Shown: positions 8,927 through 20,189 of the stretch, one piece after another
How the letters are laid out: each line of letters starts with the position of its first letter
Position numbering within the stretch: position 1 is the first letter of the stretch
Assembly: GCA_963700635.1 (NCBI GenBank)
Contig: CAVOYH010000003.1
Span: 128,001 to 192,000, forward strand
DNA: 64,000 nucleotides
DNA from: an uncultured Bacteroidota bacterium
Lineage (GTDB): Bacteria > Bacteroidota > Ignavibacteria > UBA10030 > UBA6906
Reading direction: 5' to 3'
Notes under the pieces: generated by a model
What the model was told of the DNA's origin: nothing
Databases searched by the model: none
The model's input: only the letters and a program-made list of their open reading frames with translations
Program-made: the position numbers and the translations under genes

Positions 8927-10166
8927 TCAGGGCCTGCCGTAGTACGGAGCCCCTTGTTTCTGTGTGTTGACTCTTGATGACCCGCTTGCCGGACCCATCC
9001 GTTGCGGGACCGGTACGCGAGAGATAGAGTTCCTTGCCGTTGCTGTACGTGAGGAAGAGATTGTCCAGTGTAAGCAGGCCAGGATAGAACGGTTCGGCGG
9101 TCTTGTCCGGATGCACCAGCAGAAGTGAGGATGCGCCGGAAGTCGTGGCGATGAACATGTCGCCATCGAGCGAGAAGGTGATGCCGTTTACACTCGCACC
9201 GTAGTAGTTGGCCGTAAGATCGTAGTACTTCTCCGCAGCACCCAAGGTGTCACCCGCAAGCGGGAAACGCCAGACACCTTCCACTGTGTCGATCCGCCCG
9301 CCGACATAAAGGTGGCTGTTGTACACCCGGACAGAACGGATATTAGCGGAAAAGGGGAATGTTCTCTGAGTCTTGTCCGGTTTTACGCGGATAATATTTG
9401 GCATATTGCCACCCACCCACATGTTGCCCGCGGGGTCGATATCAAAGTCATAGGGCACGATCCGCCCGAGCCCCACAAACGAGGCCGGGGTTCCGCCGCC
9501 TGCAGGAATCTGGTAGATGGCCCCGTCACGGCCGACAACCCCGCAGGCATACAGCGCGCCTCCCGTGCCAAACTTCAACCCGGTCCACTTCAGCACACCC
9601 GCGATAGGCGCACCGTACGTTCCGGCATCTGTCGTTCCGTTGGATTGAATACGTTTAATCCCTCCGGCCACATTATTTGTCACGATTGCCACATACACGT
9701 TCCCCGCCGCATCACAGGTGATAGCAAATGGTTCGCTTCCGCTGCCGAGATTTCCGAACACTCCGACCGCTTCTTCAAGCTTGTAGACAAACGCCGGCGC
9801 ACTGATCGCATCGGCACCGACAACGGAAACCCGGACATTGATGGAGTCCTTGATCAGTTTCGGGGCCAGCACCTGCAGCTGCGTTGCCGATGCCTGGAGG
9901 ACCTCTGCCATTGTGGCATCGAAAAACACAAGGTTTTCGCTGCGCACAGCGGAAAAATTCTGCCCGGTGAGCGTGATCCGTGTAACACCCGCCAGACCAC
10001 CGCCGGAAGGACTGAGGGAGCTCAGCACAGGGGTCAGCTTGCTCGCCGAGTTGTAGGTGGCATCATCATAGATGCTGACCGGGGGATCTTCCTTGCAACT
10101 GCTGAGCAATCCCGTCGAGAGCAGCACCAGGGCCACCCGGACCAGATGAGTCATAGAAGGTTTCAT
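8927..10166 (-). CDS. IPT/TIG-domain lipoprotein with NHL/SMP-30-like propeller; +1 frameshift about 45 nt before the end
   Basis: Lipobox LLSSC; TPVLSSLSP..G.AGVTRITLTGQNF (IPT/TIG); PFAITCDAAGNVYV blades. Near 8972, ATC AAG [A] GTC AAC: removing one base gives ...VIKVNTQKQGAPYYGRP* ending at 8927. Confidence 0.8.
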
Positions 10167-10214
10167 GCGTACGATCCTATCCATCGTCTCGTTTCTATCG
10201 CGCGTTCAGTACCG

Positions 10215-11249
10215 CTACAACGAAAACTGAAATGAGAACCGGTGCACATTATTAAATATTCCGAAGGGAGTGATACAGTAGTCCACGGCGAGCCCCACGC
10301 CGCCGAGATCCTTACGAAGTCCGACGCCGTAGGTCATGGTGTATTCATCGCCGCCGCTGACGTATCCCGCCCGCAGGGCAACCAGGTCCATAAACAGGTA
10401 TTCCCCGCCGACACGGATCTGTTCCTGAAAATCACGCGGATGCTCTGCGTCAATGGCGAGCAGAAACTGGTGTTCGCCGGGATCAAGGTCCGTGAGATCC
10501 AGCACGTTCATCGACATCCCGATCCTGAATGTCAACGGAAGCTGGAACCCGTCCTTGATGTAGGTTACCTCTCTCGAGAAATTCCGCACTGTCATGCCGA
10601 AGGCCAGACTCTTGTACCCGGTATGGTAGAGAATGCCAAAGTCAAAGGCGAACACCCCGGTGCTGTTCGATGCCCGCACCGGATTGCCGCTTTCATCCAG
10701 CAGCAATGCCCCGCCGCTGCCCAATGCATTGACAACATCTCCGAGTGACTGGTTCACATACTTCACATTGCCGCCGATGGAGAATTTATCGTTTAGCGCG
10801 CGCGCATACCCCACGCCGAACATGTAACTTGTCGGTTTGAACGTGCCGAGGTCGAGATATCCCCGGTCATTGGGCCACCGGACAGTCTCCTCGAATGTCC
10901 CGTAGTTTGCCACCTGCAGCATAACACCCAGCACCCCGTACTCGCCTTCAAACGGATTAAATGCTGCAGAGGCGTACATATAGTTGATGTCCGCAATCCA
11001 GTTTGTCCGGGAGAGAAACACCGACGAGGCCCCTTGTAGTCGGGACATCCCCGCTGTGTTATAGAAGAGGGAAGACGACGTGCCCTCCACTGACGTAAAG
11101 GCTTCACCCAGCGCAACGGCCCGCGCATCCGGCAGAACATTCAGAAATTTCATGCCGGTTTGTGCGAGTTTCTTCTGTGCCACCGCCTCAGAAGGAAAGG
11201 CCCCGGCACAGAAGATCACCAGCACAAGACTTGTTACAATCGTTCTCAT
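10215..11249 (-). CDS. PorV/PorQ-family outer-membrane beta-barrel (module 1)
   Basis: Signal peptide; KLAQTGMKFL...ARAVALGEAF...YNTAGMS, WIADINY, FAFDFGILY, LPLTFRIG, EHPRD; ends in a barrel strand FSFQFSL. Confidence 0.88.
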   Translation of the reverse strand: MRTIVTSLVLVIFCAGAFPSEAVAQKKLAQTGMKFLNVLPDARAVALGEAFTSVEGTSSSLFYNTAGMSRLQGASSVFLSRTNWIADINYMYASAAFNPFEGEYGVLGVMLQVANYGTFEETVRWPNDRGYLDLGTFKPTSYMFGVGYARALNDKFSIGGNVKYVNQSLGDVVNALGSGGALLLDESGNPVRASNSTGVFAFDFGILYHTGYKSLAFGMTVRNFSREVTYIKDGFQLPLTFRIGMSMNVLDLTDLDPGEHQFLLAIDAEHPRDFQEQIRVGGEYLFMDLVALRAGYVSGGDEYTMTYGVGLRKDLGGVGLAVDYCITPFGIFNNVHRFSFQFSL

Positions 11250-11267
11250 GGGAAGCTCCGCTTTCCG

Positions 11268-13364
11268 TTAGCGTATCACAGACAATTTCTTGATCACGCG
11301 TTCACCGGTCCGGGTGTTCTCAAACACCACAATGTAGATTCCGCTCACGATCACCTGATTCGATGATGTCACGGAATTCCAGTACGCATCGCCGCTCCCG
11401 TCGGTGTGGTCAATCTCTTTGATCAATTCGCCCAGTTCGGTGTAAATCCGGATCTTGCAGTATCCGGGAATGTTGAAGAACGCAATCTTGTCCGGCTCCT
11501 GGTCGAACCGGAGTGTGGCAGCCGTTGAGGAGATACTGAACGGGTTGGGGACAATACGGATATCATTCATGGTCCAGCGGCCGTTTGTCCAGGTATTCGA
11601 CGTATCCTGATCCCCTGCCTGGCGCTTCAGGTAGGCGGGGTCAAACGACTGGGCATAAAGACGGCTGCTTGTGAGTGCGACGCCGGCCGGAGTGAGTCCG
11701 CCTCCTGTGTTAAGAGCGGGATCTCCCACAACCAGCACGTGATAGTAGTATGCCGGACCCCGGGCAGCGGTCATGTCATTGTAACTCCGGGCCGTCGATG
11801 GCAATTCGGCAAGCATGGTGTAGTCACCATCGTACCGTCCTTGAGCGCGGTAGACTCTGAATCCCTTCATGTTCGGATCGCCCGCATCGTAGACTTCCCA
11901 TTCCAACCCGATCTTGTCTCCCTGGGATGTAATCGTCAGAGATTTCGGGGGCATGGGGGGAGCGGCGAGGGTGTAGCCGGATTTGAAATTTGCCAGGGCC
12001 CGCCGGAAAGTCTGGAAGAGGGAGTCTTTTCCTGTGAGCACCGCGGTGTTCTTGATGAGGGCCTGGGCCGGGGTGGGGTTCGCCTTGTAGGCACGGCCAA
12101 CAGCAATCTGATTTTCGCGATCGAGACCGGACACGCCTTCGGCGAGCACGATCCGGACATCCTGTCCGGGCTCAAGTGTGTAGGGTCCGTAGCCATTTGC
12201 ATTGGACCAGCCGCCCGGCGTGCCGAGTGCGGGGTCGCCTGTCGGGGTAGCGAAGGCGCCGGTTGGCTCCACCCTGTCGGCGTGGCGCACAACATGTCCC
12301 TTCCGCATCCACCCCCACTTGGCCGTCATGCGGGCGGCGTTAAACATGTCGGCGTCAGGATTCGCCAATGGCTCATCGGAGCCCTCGTGCGAAGTCGTCG
12401 ATGGCTGGCTCAGATCATCCGTCGAGTCGGTCGCCGACCTGTCAGCATGTAACGTCACGATCCCGGCAAACTGCGAGGCACCCAAGCGTCCGACGGTATC
12501 CCGGGTATCGCCATACAGACTTGTTGCAGCAGGCGTCCAGATCGGCCCGCCAAGATTATCGTATTGTGTGAAGCCGGGATACTTGCCGTGCCAGGCATAC
12601 TGAACGCGCATATGCGGGGCGGTGTAGACGCCCGGGACATTCACGGCATCGTCCGGGTCATTCTTTACGCCGTCACCACGGACATCCAGCATCGTGTTGA
12701 TTCCCCAGCCTGTCGCATTGCCGATGACATAACGTGTCGTGGCGCATACCGCCAGACGGTACTGAAAATATACCACCACCGAGTCGAGCCGCTTGCCCGA
12801 TGTATTTGTAAACCGGTAGTCGCTGATGATGTAGTTGTCATGATACTGCTGGCTGAACTGAAAGATCTTCCGGGTCATGTCCAGACCGATGGAGGTCTTG
12901 ACCTCATTGAGAATCATCCGGTCGCCGGTAATGGTCGGGTCGATCCGTTTGATGTCAACAAGCTTGCCGTAGGAGACGACGCCGTCCACCGTGACCACAG
13001 GCGGCTCAAATCGTGAGACCAGCTCAAACTTCTGCGGGATAAAGGTATTACTCCCGCCGTACCGCGGGCCGACGCTGATCACCTTGTGCGGATAGACCGT
13101 GCCGTCAGCATCCTGATAGTTGGTGGTGCCAATCCACATCCCTTTTGCAGCCTGCATGTCCTGGTTTGTATAGATGGCGTTCCACTGGAGTCCGTCCTGC
13201 TGCTTCAGCACCCTCCCCTCCTCCTTTTCACACCCCATGTTCGCATACCAATTGTGCAGCGTGCCGACCGACATCCAGGTGGTCTCGTAATTCTGCGCCC
13301 ACGATGCCGGAGTAGTCACCAGAAGAACAATCCCGGGGACCAGAAACCTAACGAGGTTTTTCAT
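11268..13364 (-). CDS. Large secreted protein with FN3-like domain and atypical T9SS-like CTD (module 1 cargo)
   Basis: GAGG upstream of ATG 13364; signal peptide ASWA-Q; PPMPPKSL...LEWE...GFRVYRA...YYYHVL (FN3); C-terminus IRIVPNPF...FFNIPGYCKIRIYTELGELI...SGIYIV...KKLSVIR. Confidence 0.8.
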   Translation of the reverse strand: MKNLVRFLVPGIVLLVTTPASWAQNYETTWMSVGTLHNWYANMGCEKEEGRVLKQQDGLQWNAIYTNQDMQAAKGMWIGTTNYQDADGTVYPHKVISVGPRYGGSNTFIPQKFELVSRFEPPVVTVDGVVSYGKLVDIKRIDPTITGDRMILNEVKTSIGLDMTRKIFQFSQQYHDNYIISDYRFTNTSGKRLDSVVVYFQYRLAVCATTRYVIGNATGWGINTMLDVRGDGVKNDPDDAVNVPGVYTAPHMRVQYAWHGKYPGFTQYDNLGGPIWTPAATSLYGDTRDTVGRLGASQFAGIVTLHADRSATDSTDDLSQPSTTSHEGSDEPLANPDADMFNAARMTAKWGWMRKGHVVRHADRVEPTGAFATPTGDPALGTPGGWSNANGYGPYTLEPGQDVRIVLAEGVSGLDRENQIAVGRAYKANPTPAQALIKNTAVLTGKDSLFQTFRRALANFKSGYTLAAPPMPPKSLTITSQGDKIGLEWEVYDAGDPNMKGFRVYRAQGRYDGDYTMLAELPSTARSYNDMTAARGPAYYYHVLVVGDPALNTGGGLTPAGVALTSSRLYAQSFDPAYLKRQAGDQDTSNTWTNGRWTMNDIRIVPNPFSISSTAATLRFDQEPDKIAFFNIPGYCKIRIYTELGELIKEIDHTDGSGDAYWNSVTSSNQVIVSGIYIVVFENTRTGERVIKKLSVIR

Positions 13365-13419
13365 TCGCGCCTCAAGAAAAATACACATGTGGCTCCCGTA
13401 TGCACCCACAGGGAGCCTC

Positions 13420-16400
13420 TTAGAGATCTATCGAAAAACGGATTCCGTAAAAGATGTTCCGCGGGTTCAGAAACGTGAAGGTCTCCTGATTCGGCATGTC
13501 AATGTAGGCCTTGTCTTCAAGCGCCTGCCCGAGCTTGCCGGGATCCGCAGGTCCCATCTGTCCGTTTGCGAACTGATAATACTGTCCGTTCTCCGCAACG
13601 TAGTAGAACGGCCGTGTATGCTGGTTTTCGGCTTTCTGGAGATCCGAGAGAAGTCTCACCGCTACAATCGGCTGGAATGCAACACCTTCTTTGCGGACTG
13701 CGCCGGGACGATCATCACCGGGGACATTCACATACCCGACGGCTGTTCTGAATTGTTCCGGGAAGTCTGGCAGATGCAGTGACTTCATGTAGTTGTTGTA
13801 ATCATACGTGCCGAAGAACCCGTACGTTCCGGGAAAATACCGGAAATTCAGCAGGTTGGATACGTCCATGAAGAACTGCACGTTTGTCGGGCCAACTTTA
13901 AAATTCTTGCTGAGCCGCATGTCCACGTTCCAGTAATCCGTCCACTGCACATTGTATTCGAGTCCAGGGATTGAACCTCCGCCAGCCCATGTCGCGTACC
14001 GGCCGGAAGACCAGGTGCCCACGAGGTTCAGGCGCCATTCCCCGAGCAGAGACAGGCCGAGAAATTCCGGGCCGAGATTCGAGGGAGTGAAAAAATCCAC
14101 ATTCGCCCGGGCGAAAGGCCGCGGGATTGGTTTCTCCTGATACACATTCGACCGTTCGTAGTTCCGCTGCTCCACCGCACTCTCGTAGTAGGTGCCAAGT
14201 CCGAAGTAGCCCGTGGTGCGGACATCGTAGGTATAGTTAAAGAAACCCTGCACCCAGTTACCACGGTTCTTGTTCACCTGGATTTCGAAACCGCGGATAT
14301 CCTGATACTGATTGCTTGTCCGCTGGGTATAACTGACAAGCGAATTACGGCCGTAGTAGTTTACCGTTTTCGCCTGATTTGACACGTCTTTGTAGTAGGC
14401 AGCAATCCTCAGCAGATACTCGTCAAACAGACTGTGTTCGTATCCCAGTTCATACTGTACGGTTCTGGGGAACGGCGCTCCCGGATCAGCGATACTCATC
14501 ACCTGTCTTGTGTCGGTGTACCTGCGGATCAGGAAGAGGTTCAGCGGATCCGGAATCTGACGGAAGTGCCCGTAATTAAAGAACAGCTTTGCCTCATCGG
14601 AGATCGGGAACGCAATCGCAAGCCGCGGGCTCACCGTCAGCGTGGTCGGAGCTGAGACTCTCACCAGCGCGGTGTCGAGCAGGCTCTGGCCGGAAAAAGC
14701 GCTGTTGAACATGTCATCGGCGTATTCATACCAATCCCCGTTGGGATTCAAATACTCCAGTCTCAGTCCGACATTCGCAATCATCCCTTCGAATTCGAGT
14801 TTGTCCTGGAGATAGAGAGCGGCCCGGATTGGATAGTTGTGCCATGCGGTGTTGTAGCGGCCGCTTGGCAATGCGATATCTTCATTCCGTGACCGGACCC
14901 AGTTGTCCGTGTAGGCAAACTCCACGCCCGCTTTGACCTGATTATACTTGTCGAACTGTGTGGTCAGATCGAATTTCAGGCTCCATGTCGCCACGAGACT
15001 CGTATCACGGGAGTTGCTCATCCCAACACCGGTTCTCATGCCGGTGATTCCGGAACTCTCCGTATTATATGGCCAGTACCCGAATGGCGTTTCGTCAACG
15101 AAGTATCCGGGAACGATTTCGTACTTCTTCTCCTTGTCACGCAACGAACCGGGATTTGTGTTTGTCCCCTGGGAGTACTTCTGAAACGTGGCTTCGTAAA
15201 AGGTTACCGGACCGATTGCGTGTGAGAATTTTGCTCCGAGCATCTCGATGTCTGTTGTCGTCGGAGCCCAGTAGTCCGTCCCGAAAATCCTCGCATCGAC
15301 GTAACCCGACACAGAGTTGAGAGAGGTGAGCGCTTCTGCAATACTTGAGGCCGACTGGAAGATTCCTGGATTTCCGAGATTGTTGTCGTTGGTACCCTGC
15401 ATCTGGGCGCGCAGGTAGGAGCCCATCAGCTTCATGCCCGGCCCAACGTCGGATGTCAGCTTGATCTGGCCGCTGTATTCACGGTATGCCGGACGGGAGA
15501 GGGGAATAAGATACTGTGTTGCCTGCTGACGGTATGAGGCAAAGAACCGCAGGTTGCCGAGTTGCTTCCGATACTGCCGGGACCGGACCCCCAAAACCCA
15601 TATCCACGTCCCAGTCAGGATCTTTGATTTCCGGCTGACGACGGTGCTCCCAGAGCCACAGTTTCTGGACCGCCGAGGGGGAAAGATCATTAGTGGGATC
15701 TGCGTCACTCAACAATTTCCTTGAAATACTCTTCCATCCTTCAAAATCCGCGTACTGATCACGCGTCCACCTGTCCCATGAGGGTTGTCCATCGGAACCA
15801 AGCGAAGCCTGCGTTCCATCCCAGCATACGGCATCATCAACAAACGGACGGATCCAGTACGAGTTAAAATCGTAAATGGATGGGCCAAAATGTTTGGGGG
15901 CGGCCGGACGGTACCGGCCGATAAAATTAAAACTGTATTTGCTGGTGCTGCCTTCGCGGGTCACGACGTTCACAACGCCTGAACGGAGGTTGCCGTACTC
16001 TGCGTTGAACCCTCCGGTCTGAACCTGGACGTCCTGTATCGAACTGATACTGATCCCGGTGAACGGCTGGTTCGTACGTTCATCGCGCAGGGTCATCCCG
16101 TCCACAACAAACGCAGCCTGGTCAGCTCCACTGCCGCGGATCACAAGCCCCCCCTGAATACCCGCCTGAAGGGTGACCACACTGGCGACGTCGGTGACCG
16201 GGAGTTTCTCAATCTCATCGATCTCGATATTCGCCCGGCTGGCCGCGACGTCCCGTTGAACGACCGGACGCGTCGCAACGATGGTCACTTCTTCACCGGC
16301 TATGACCTCTTCGCCAAGGCGCAAGTTCAGGTCGGTTGTCTGGTCAATATCGACCCGGACGCCTGTCATGGATGTTGCCTTGTATCCCACCAGGGCAGCG

Positions 16401-16624
16401 GTAATTCTGTAACGTCCCGGGGGGATATTCAGTATGACGAAATACCCGTCAGGATTTGTCGCTGCGCCGAGCAGTGTCCCTTCGATCACAACATTCACGC
16501 TGGGCAACGGCTCACCGGTCTGTGCGTCACGCACCGTCCCAGCAATTTTTCCCGTTGTGCCGGCAAAACTGATCGATGAGACAACGATCAGGGCAGCACT
16601 GCAAAGAGTAAGGCACACTCTCAT
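13420..16624 (-). CDS. TonB-dependent receptor (CarboxypepD_reg-like N-domain, plug, barrel), module 1; one +1 frameshift near 15568
   Basis: Track ORFs 15479-16624 and 13420-15708 are two halves. GTTGKIAGTVRD, EEVTIVA (TonB-box position), IRGSG, GGFNAEYG; YLQDKLEF...NVGLR, SPRLAIAFPI, YGIRFSIDL. Junction GTA TCG [G] AAG CAA CTC restores GGPVPAVSKQLGNLRFF. Confidence 0.88.
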
Positions 16625-16747
16625 AGATGCTCCTGAAATGGTAGGTCCTGATATAGTGCTGAGGAATGGTCCGAGGTGCCGACTTGTCTGCGCGCAGGCT
16701 GGTAAGAGGACGGTGAGCAGACAATGGACAGTTATGACTTGTGAACG

Positions 16748-16776
16748 AATTTACAAAACACAACTTGTATTGTCAA
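16748..16776 (-). promoter_or_regulatory. Sigma70-type promoter for the module 1 operon
   Basis: Minus strand TTGACA-N17-TAAATT, about 120 nt upstream of the TBDR start. Confidence 0.7.
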
Positions 16777-16822
16777 GAAAACTGATGCGAGTAAAGATTC
16801 AAAGAACGAACGTGTAAACCCT

Positions 16823-17827
16823 TTATTCATAGTCACTTACATGGATTTCGCGCTGATGGCCGGAATTCCGGAACAGGATAGTTCCATCACGGGACGATAT
16901 GTGCGCAGGTGTGTCATTACTCCCGGCAAATGATTCCCTCACTATCTCTCTTCCCCCTTCCGTAACAACATGGAGCGTGGGATCTGCATAACGAATACCC
17001 TCTGCCCCTGCCAGAATCCGTTCCATGACAAATCCTGCCGAAGTGCCTGCGCACGTCACACCGGTGATCACGCTCCCGCCGGGCGGTGATGTCCATTGAG
17101 AACACTCTCCGGATGGATCCAGCGGTCCGAACATCACTTCGTTTCGATCTGCCACAACAAAACGCCCGCTGCGAGCGTCAACAGCGGCGTTCCTCATCAG
17201 CAGCGGAAGAACTCTGACGCTCGCTCCCCGGACATCAAGAATTTCCGTCGCAACGGTTGGCAGCCCGGATCCCGACGCATAGGAAGAAACTATCACGGTG
17301 GCCCCATCACCGGATAAATAGATTTCGGAACCCGACTCAAAAGCGAGCACACCGGTCCAGAGCTCCTCCCCGGCCACCGAGTACATCACCACCCGTGCGC
17401 GATCGAAGGAAGGTCCGGAAACCAGAAAGACCATCCGGTCTCCGGCAACCGAACACTTGAGTATCCGTTCATGGTCCGGGGCGGCATCACCGAACGGGCG
17501 CCAGATGTTCACAGTGTTTCCCCGCGCATCAAGGAACTCAACGACTCCCGCGAACGCATCCACAACAACGGCTTCACCGGCATTGTCGCTCACCAGCACA
17601 CCGGGAAAGGGAGAGCCATACGGCACTAATTTTTCTATGGTATGCAGCAGAACGCCGGAGCGGGTGAGGATTCGCGCACTCCAGCGGCTGGCTTCAGGTT
17701 CTCCTTTTATCCCTTCGGTCGTCACCAACGATTTAATCCGGAAATTCCCGCGGCGTGATTCCAGATCCTCAGCAGAAAGTACGGCTGAGACGCCGAGAAC
17801 AACACACAGCATCAGAACAGGTTTCAT
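16823..17827 (-). CDS. Exported hypothetical protein, beta-rich/propeller-like, no CTD
   Basis: ATG overlaps the TGA of the M23 gene (ATGA, 17824-17827); signal peptide MKPVLMLCVVLGVSAVLSA. Confidence 0.7.
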   Translation of the reverse strand: MKPVLMLCVVLGVSAVLSAEDLESRRGNFRIKSLVTTEGIKGEPEASRWSARILTRSGVLLHTIEKLVPYGSPFPGVLVSDNAGEAVVVDAFAGVVEFLDARGNTVNIWRPFGDAAPDHERILKCSVAGDRMVFLVSGPSFDRARVVMYSVAGEELWTGVLAFESGSEIYLSGDGATVIVSSYASGSGLPTVATEILDVRGASVRVLPLLMRNAAVDARSGRFVVADRNEVMFGPLDPSGECSQWTSPPGGSVITGVTCAGTSAGFVMERILAGAEGIRYADPTLHVVTEGGREIVRESFAGSNDTPAHISSRDGTILFRNSGHQREIHVSDYE

Positions 17828-20127
17828 CGTACGAGCACCATTCGTATTGTCGCAGTCTGTAAACCGGCGGACAGCCGGCAATAATAGATACCACTTGCAG
17901 CGTTCTCGGCACGCCACTCTCTGGTGTGCTCACCGGCATTATGCATCTCATTTGCAAGAGTCACAACCACCCTGCCCAGAACATCGTACACCTGAAGCCT
18001 GACGTGGTCCTGCGTTTCTATGGCGTACCGGATGGTCGTGGAGGGATTAAAGGGATTGGGATAATTCTGCTGGAGTCCGAAGTGCACCGGTTGAGTCTCC
18101 GGACTGTCCCCTGCCGCCACTTCCGTCACGCCCCCGAAAAACAGGAAGATCCTGGCCATGAGCGAGTCCCGCTGCGCCGCGCTCACAACAGTCTCAATGG
18201 GGAATCCAAGAGTCACCACGGCTCCCGGAGTACTCCCGCCAGAGAAGATCCCCTGATACCCTACACCGGCTGTGCCGCCCGTCCCTGAGAGATTATACAA
18301 CAGAATGCTCTGGGATCCTCCCCATGTGACCAGCACGTCCGGCCAGTCTTCTTCGTAGGGTGATCCTTCACCGACCACACCATATCGGAAGTTCATTCCG
18401 GAAAACACCGAGGTTCCATTTCCGATTACGGTGTACTCGTTTGCATCGTCGGACAGATATCCGGCCTTCAGAAAATCATGCAAAAAATCCCGGTCGGCTT
18501 GAGTTGGACCGGAACTACGATCCAGGTCGTATCCGATTTCCGATCCGCTCACCAGAAGTCTCCCGCCCTGGTGGAGATAGGTCCGGACTAATCCCTGTTC
18601 CTGTGCCGAGAATGTCTCGTCATTTGTCGATTCATCCCCCAGCACCCAGATCACCCTGGCATAACCCGGTAATAAGAAAGAGCTGTCGAGCAGCGCTTCA
18701 TTGGCGCATGTTTCGAAGTCGCCGGGCACGGAAGACCCATGCGTCATGGCAAAGGGGTGGGATGGTCCATGGTAGCTTCCCGATGCTTCGGTCCGGTCAA
18801 AGCCGTCCACAATAAGTGTCTTGTCCGGGGAACTGTTCAGTCGCAAGCCGTACACATCACTGTACCCGCTGACATTTGTGGGAGAGGCGGAATCCACAGC
18901 CACCATCCGGAAGAAGATCCGGCCCGAGCGGATATTATCATAGGAGATGCGCGTGACGTCTTTTCCCAACCGTTGTTCGTTTTCCCGTTGCGACCATGTT
19001 GTCCCGTCGTTCGAGAAGTATAACCGGTACCCGAGAAGATCTGCCTCCATGTTGGGAAACCAGGAAATACTGACCCGGTTGATGGAGTCGTTCACCACCG
19101 ACCGGAGCACCGGTGGTGCCGGCGCAATCAGGTCACCCCGTTCCACCGTCACAGCAACGTAATCTGTGTCCGTCCAGCCACGGGTGTCGGCGGTAAAAAT
19201 CATCACCCGGTACGGACCGGTCGGCAGTAACTCGGTGTTCCAGAAGTTGTTGGGAACGGAACCCGTTGCGTGTATGGCATCAGCGCCATTGCCGTTGGTC
19301 ACCGAATAGATGTGGGTGGAGAGGTCCGACCCGGTGGCAAACACACGGTGGACATCGGAATTGTACGGCTTCCGGTCGAACCTGAACCTGACGCCGGCTG
19401 CGGGGGGTTCATACACAACGGCTGTCCCGTCGCTCGAAAGAATTTTGTACCCGAGGATGTATGTGCCGTTGTTCGTGGTTGATGAGGATAGCTCCCAGGA
19501 CTGTGAGGCGTTTGTCTCCTGGACGTGGACCCTGATATCCACGGCCCCGCTCAGACGCCCGCCCAGGAATTCCGTTTCCCCTTCGTCCACGAAGAAGCGT
19601 ATCGACATGATCCGCGGCGGATAGTTGTCAATGTATGGCGTGAAACCGCCGACGGGCCGGATGGCATTTATCTCCGAGCCGGAGAGCCCGTGCGTGAAGT
19701 GTACGTGCCCCAGACCGGGAAGAATTGTCCCAAGGACCGTCTGATAGGCAAGCACCGGATCGCCCACCCTGAGAGCCGGATTCGGGCTGATATGCACGTA
19801 TGCATCACTCTTGGAGAGCCCGCTCACGGAATACCACACGCGCACATAGGCATTAGTCCCCTGATCTTGTGTCGTCCCGATGGCCGTGATGGTCCCGTTG
19901 TACACGGAATAGACGGGAGAGCCATCCGGCATGGGGATATCGACGCCATTGTGGAAGTGGTCGCTGGTGAGCGTATTACGAAATTCACAAAATGTACCGG
20001 TGATCGGGTGTGATGAGAAAAACTGCAGCACGGGCCACCCGTGGGTTGTCGTGTCAGTCTGTGCAGGGAGTATCCCGAACCCGGACAACACCAGTATCAT
20101 CAAGAACCAACCTGATCTCTTTTTCAA
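17824..20127 (-). CDS. M23-family metallopeptidase + Ig-like + FN3 + alpha/beta domain + T9SS CTD
   Basis: FCEFR...HFHNGVDI (HxxxD), YVHI, GHVHF (HxH); LQQNYPNPFNP...RMVLVR. Likely TTG start at 20127 after AGGAG (the track uses ATG 20181). Confidence 0.88.
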   Translation of the reverse strand: MKKRSGWFLMILVLSGFGILPAQTDTTTHGWPVLQFFSSHPITGTFCEFRNTLTSDHFHNGVDIPMPDGSPVYSVYNGTITAIGTTQDQGTNAYVRVWYSVSGLSKSDAYVHISPNPALRVGDPVLAYQTVLGTILPGLGHVHFTHGLSGSEINAIRPVGGFTPYIDNYPPRIMSIRFFVDEGETEFLGGRLSGAVDIRVHVQETNASQSWELSSSTTNNGTYILGYKILSSDGTAVVYEPPAAGVRFRFDRKPYNSDVHRVFATGSDLSTHIYSVTNGNGADAIHATGSVPNNFWNTELLPTGPYRVMIFTADTRGWTDTDYVAVTVERGDLIAPAPPVLRSVVNDSINRVSISWFPNMEADLLGYRLYFSNDGTTWSQRENEQRLGKDVTRISYDNIRSGRIFFRMVAVDSASPTNVSGYSDVYGLRLNSSPDKTLIVDGFDRTEASGSYHGPSHPFAMTHGSSVPGDFETCANEALLDSSFLLPGYARVIWVLGDESTNDETFSAQEQGLVRTYLHQGGRLLVSGSEIGYDLDRSSGPTQADRDFLHDFLKAGYLSDDANEYTVIGNGTSVFSGMNFRYGVVGEGSPYEEDWPDVLVTWGGSQSILLYNLSGTGGTAGVGYQGIFSGGSTPGAVVTLGFPIETVVSAAQRDSLMARIFLFFGGVTEVAAGDSPETQPVHFGLQQNYPNPFNPSTTIRYAIETQDHVRLQVYDVLGRVVVTLANEMHNAGEHTREWRAENAASGIYYCRLSAGLQTATIRMVLVR

Positions 20128-20189
20128 AAGCCGCTCCTGTCCGATGTGCTCTCTCCTGCGCACGATTCTTCGCGCAGTCATTGCTGATC

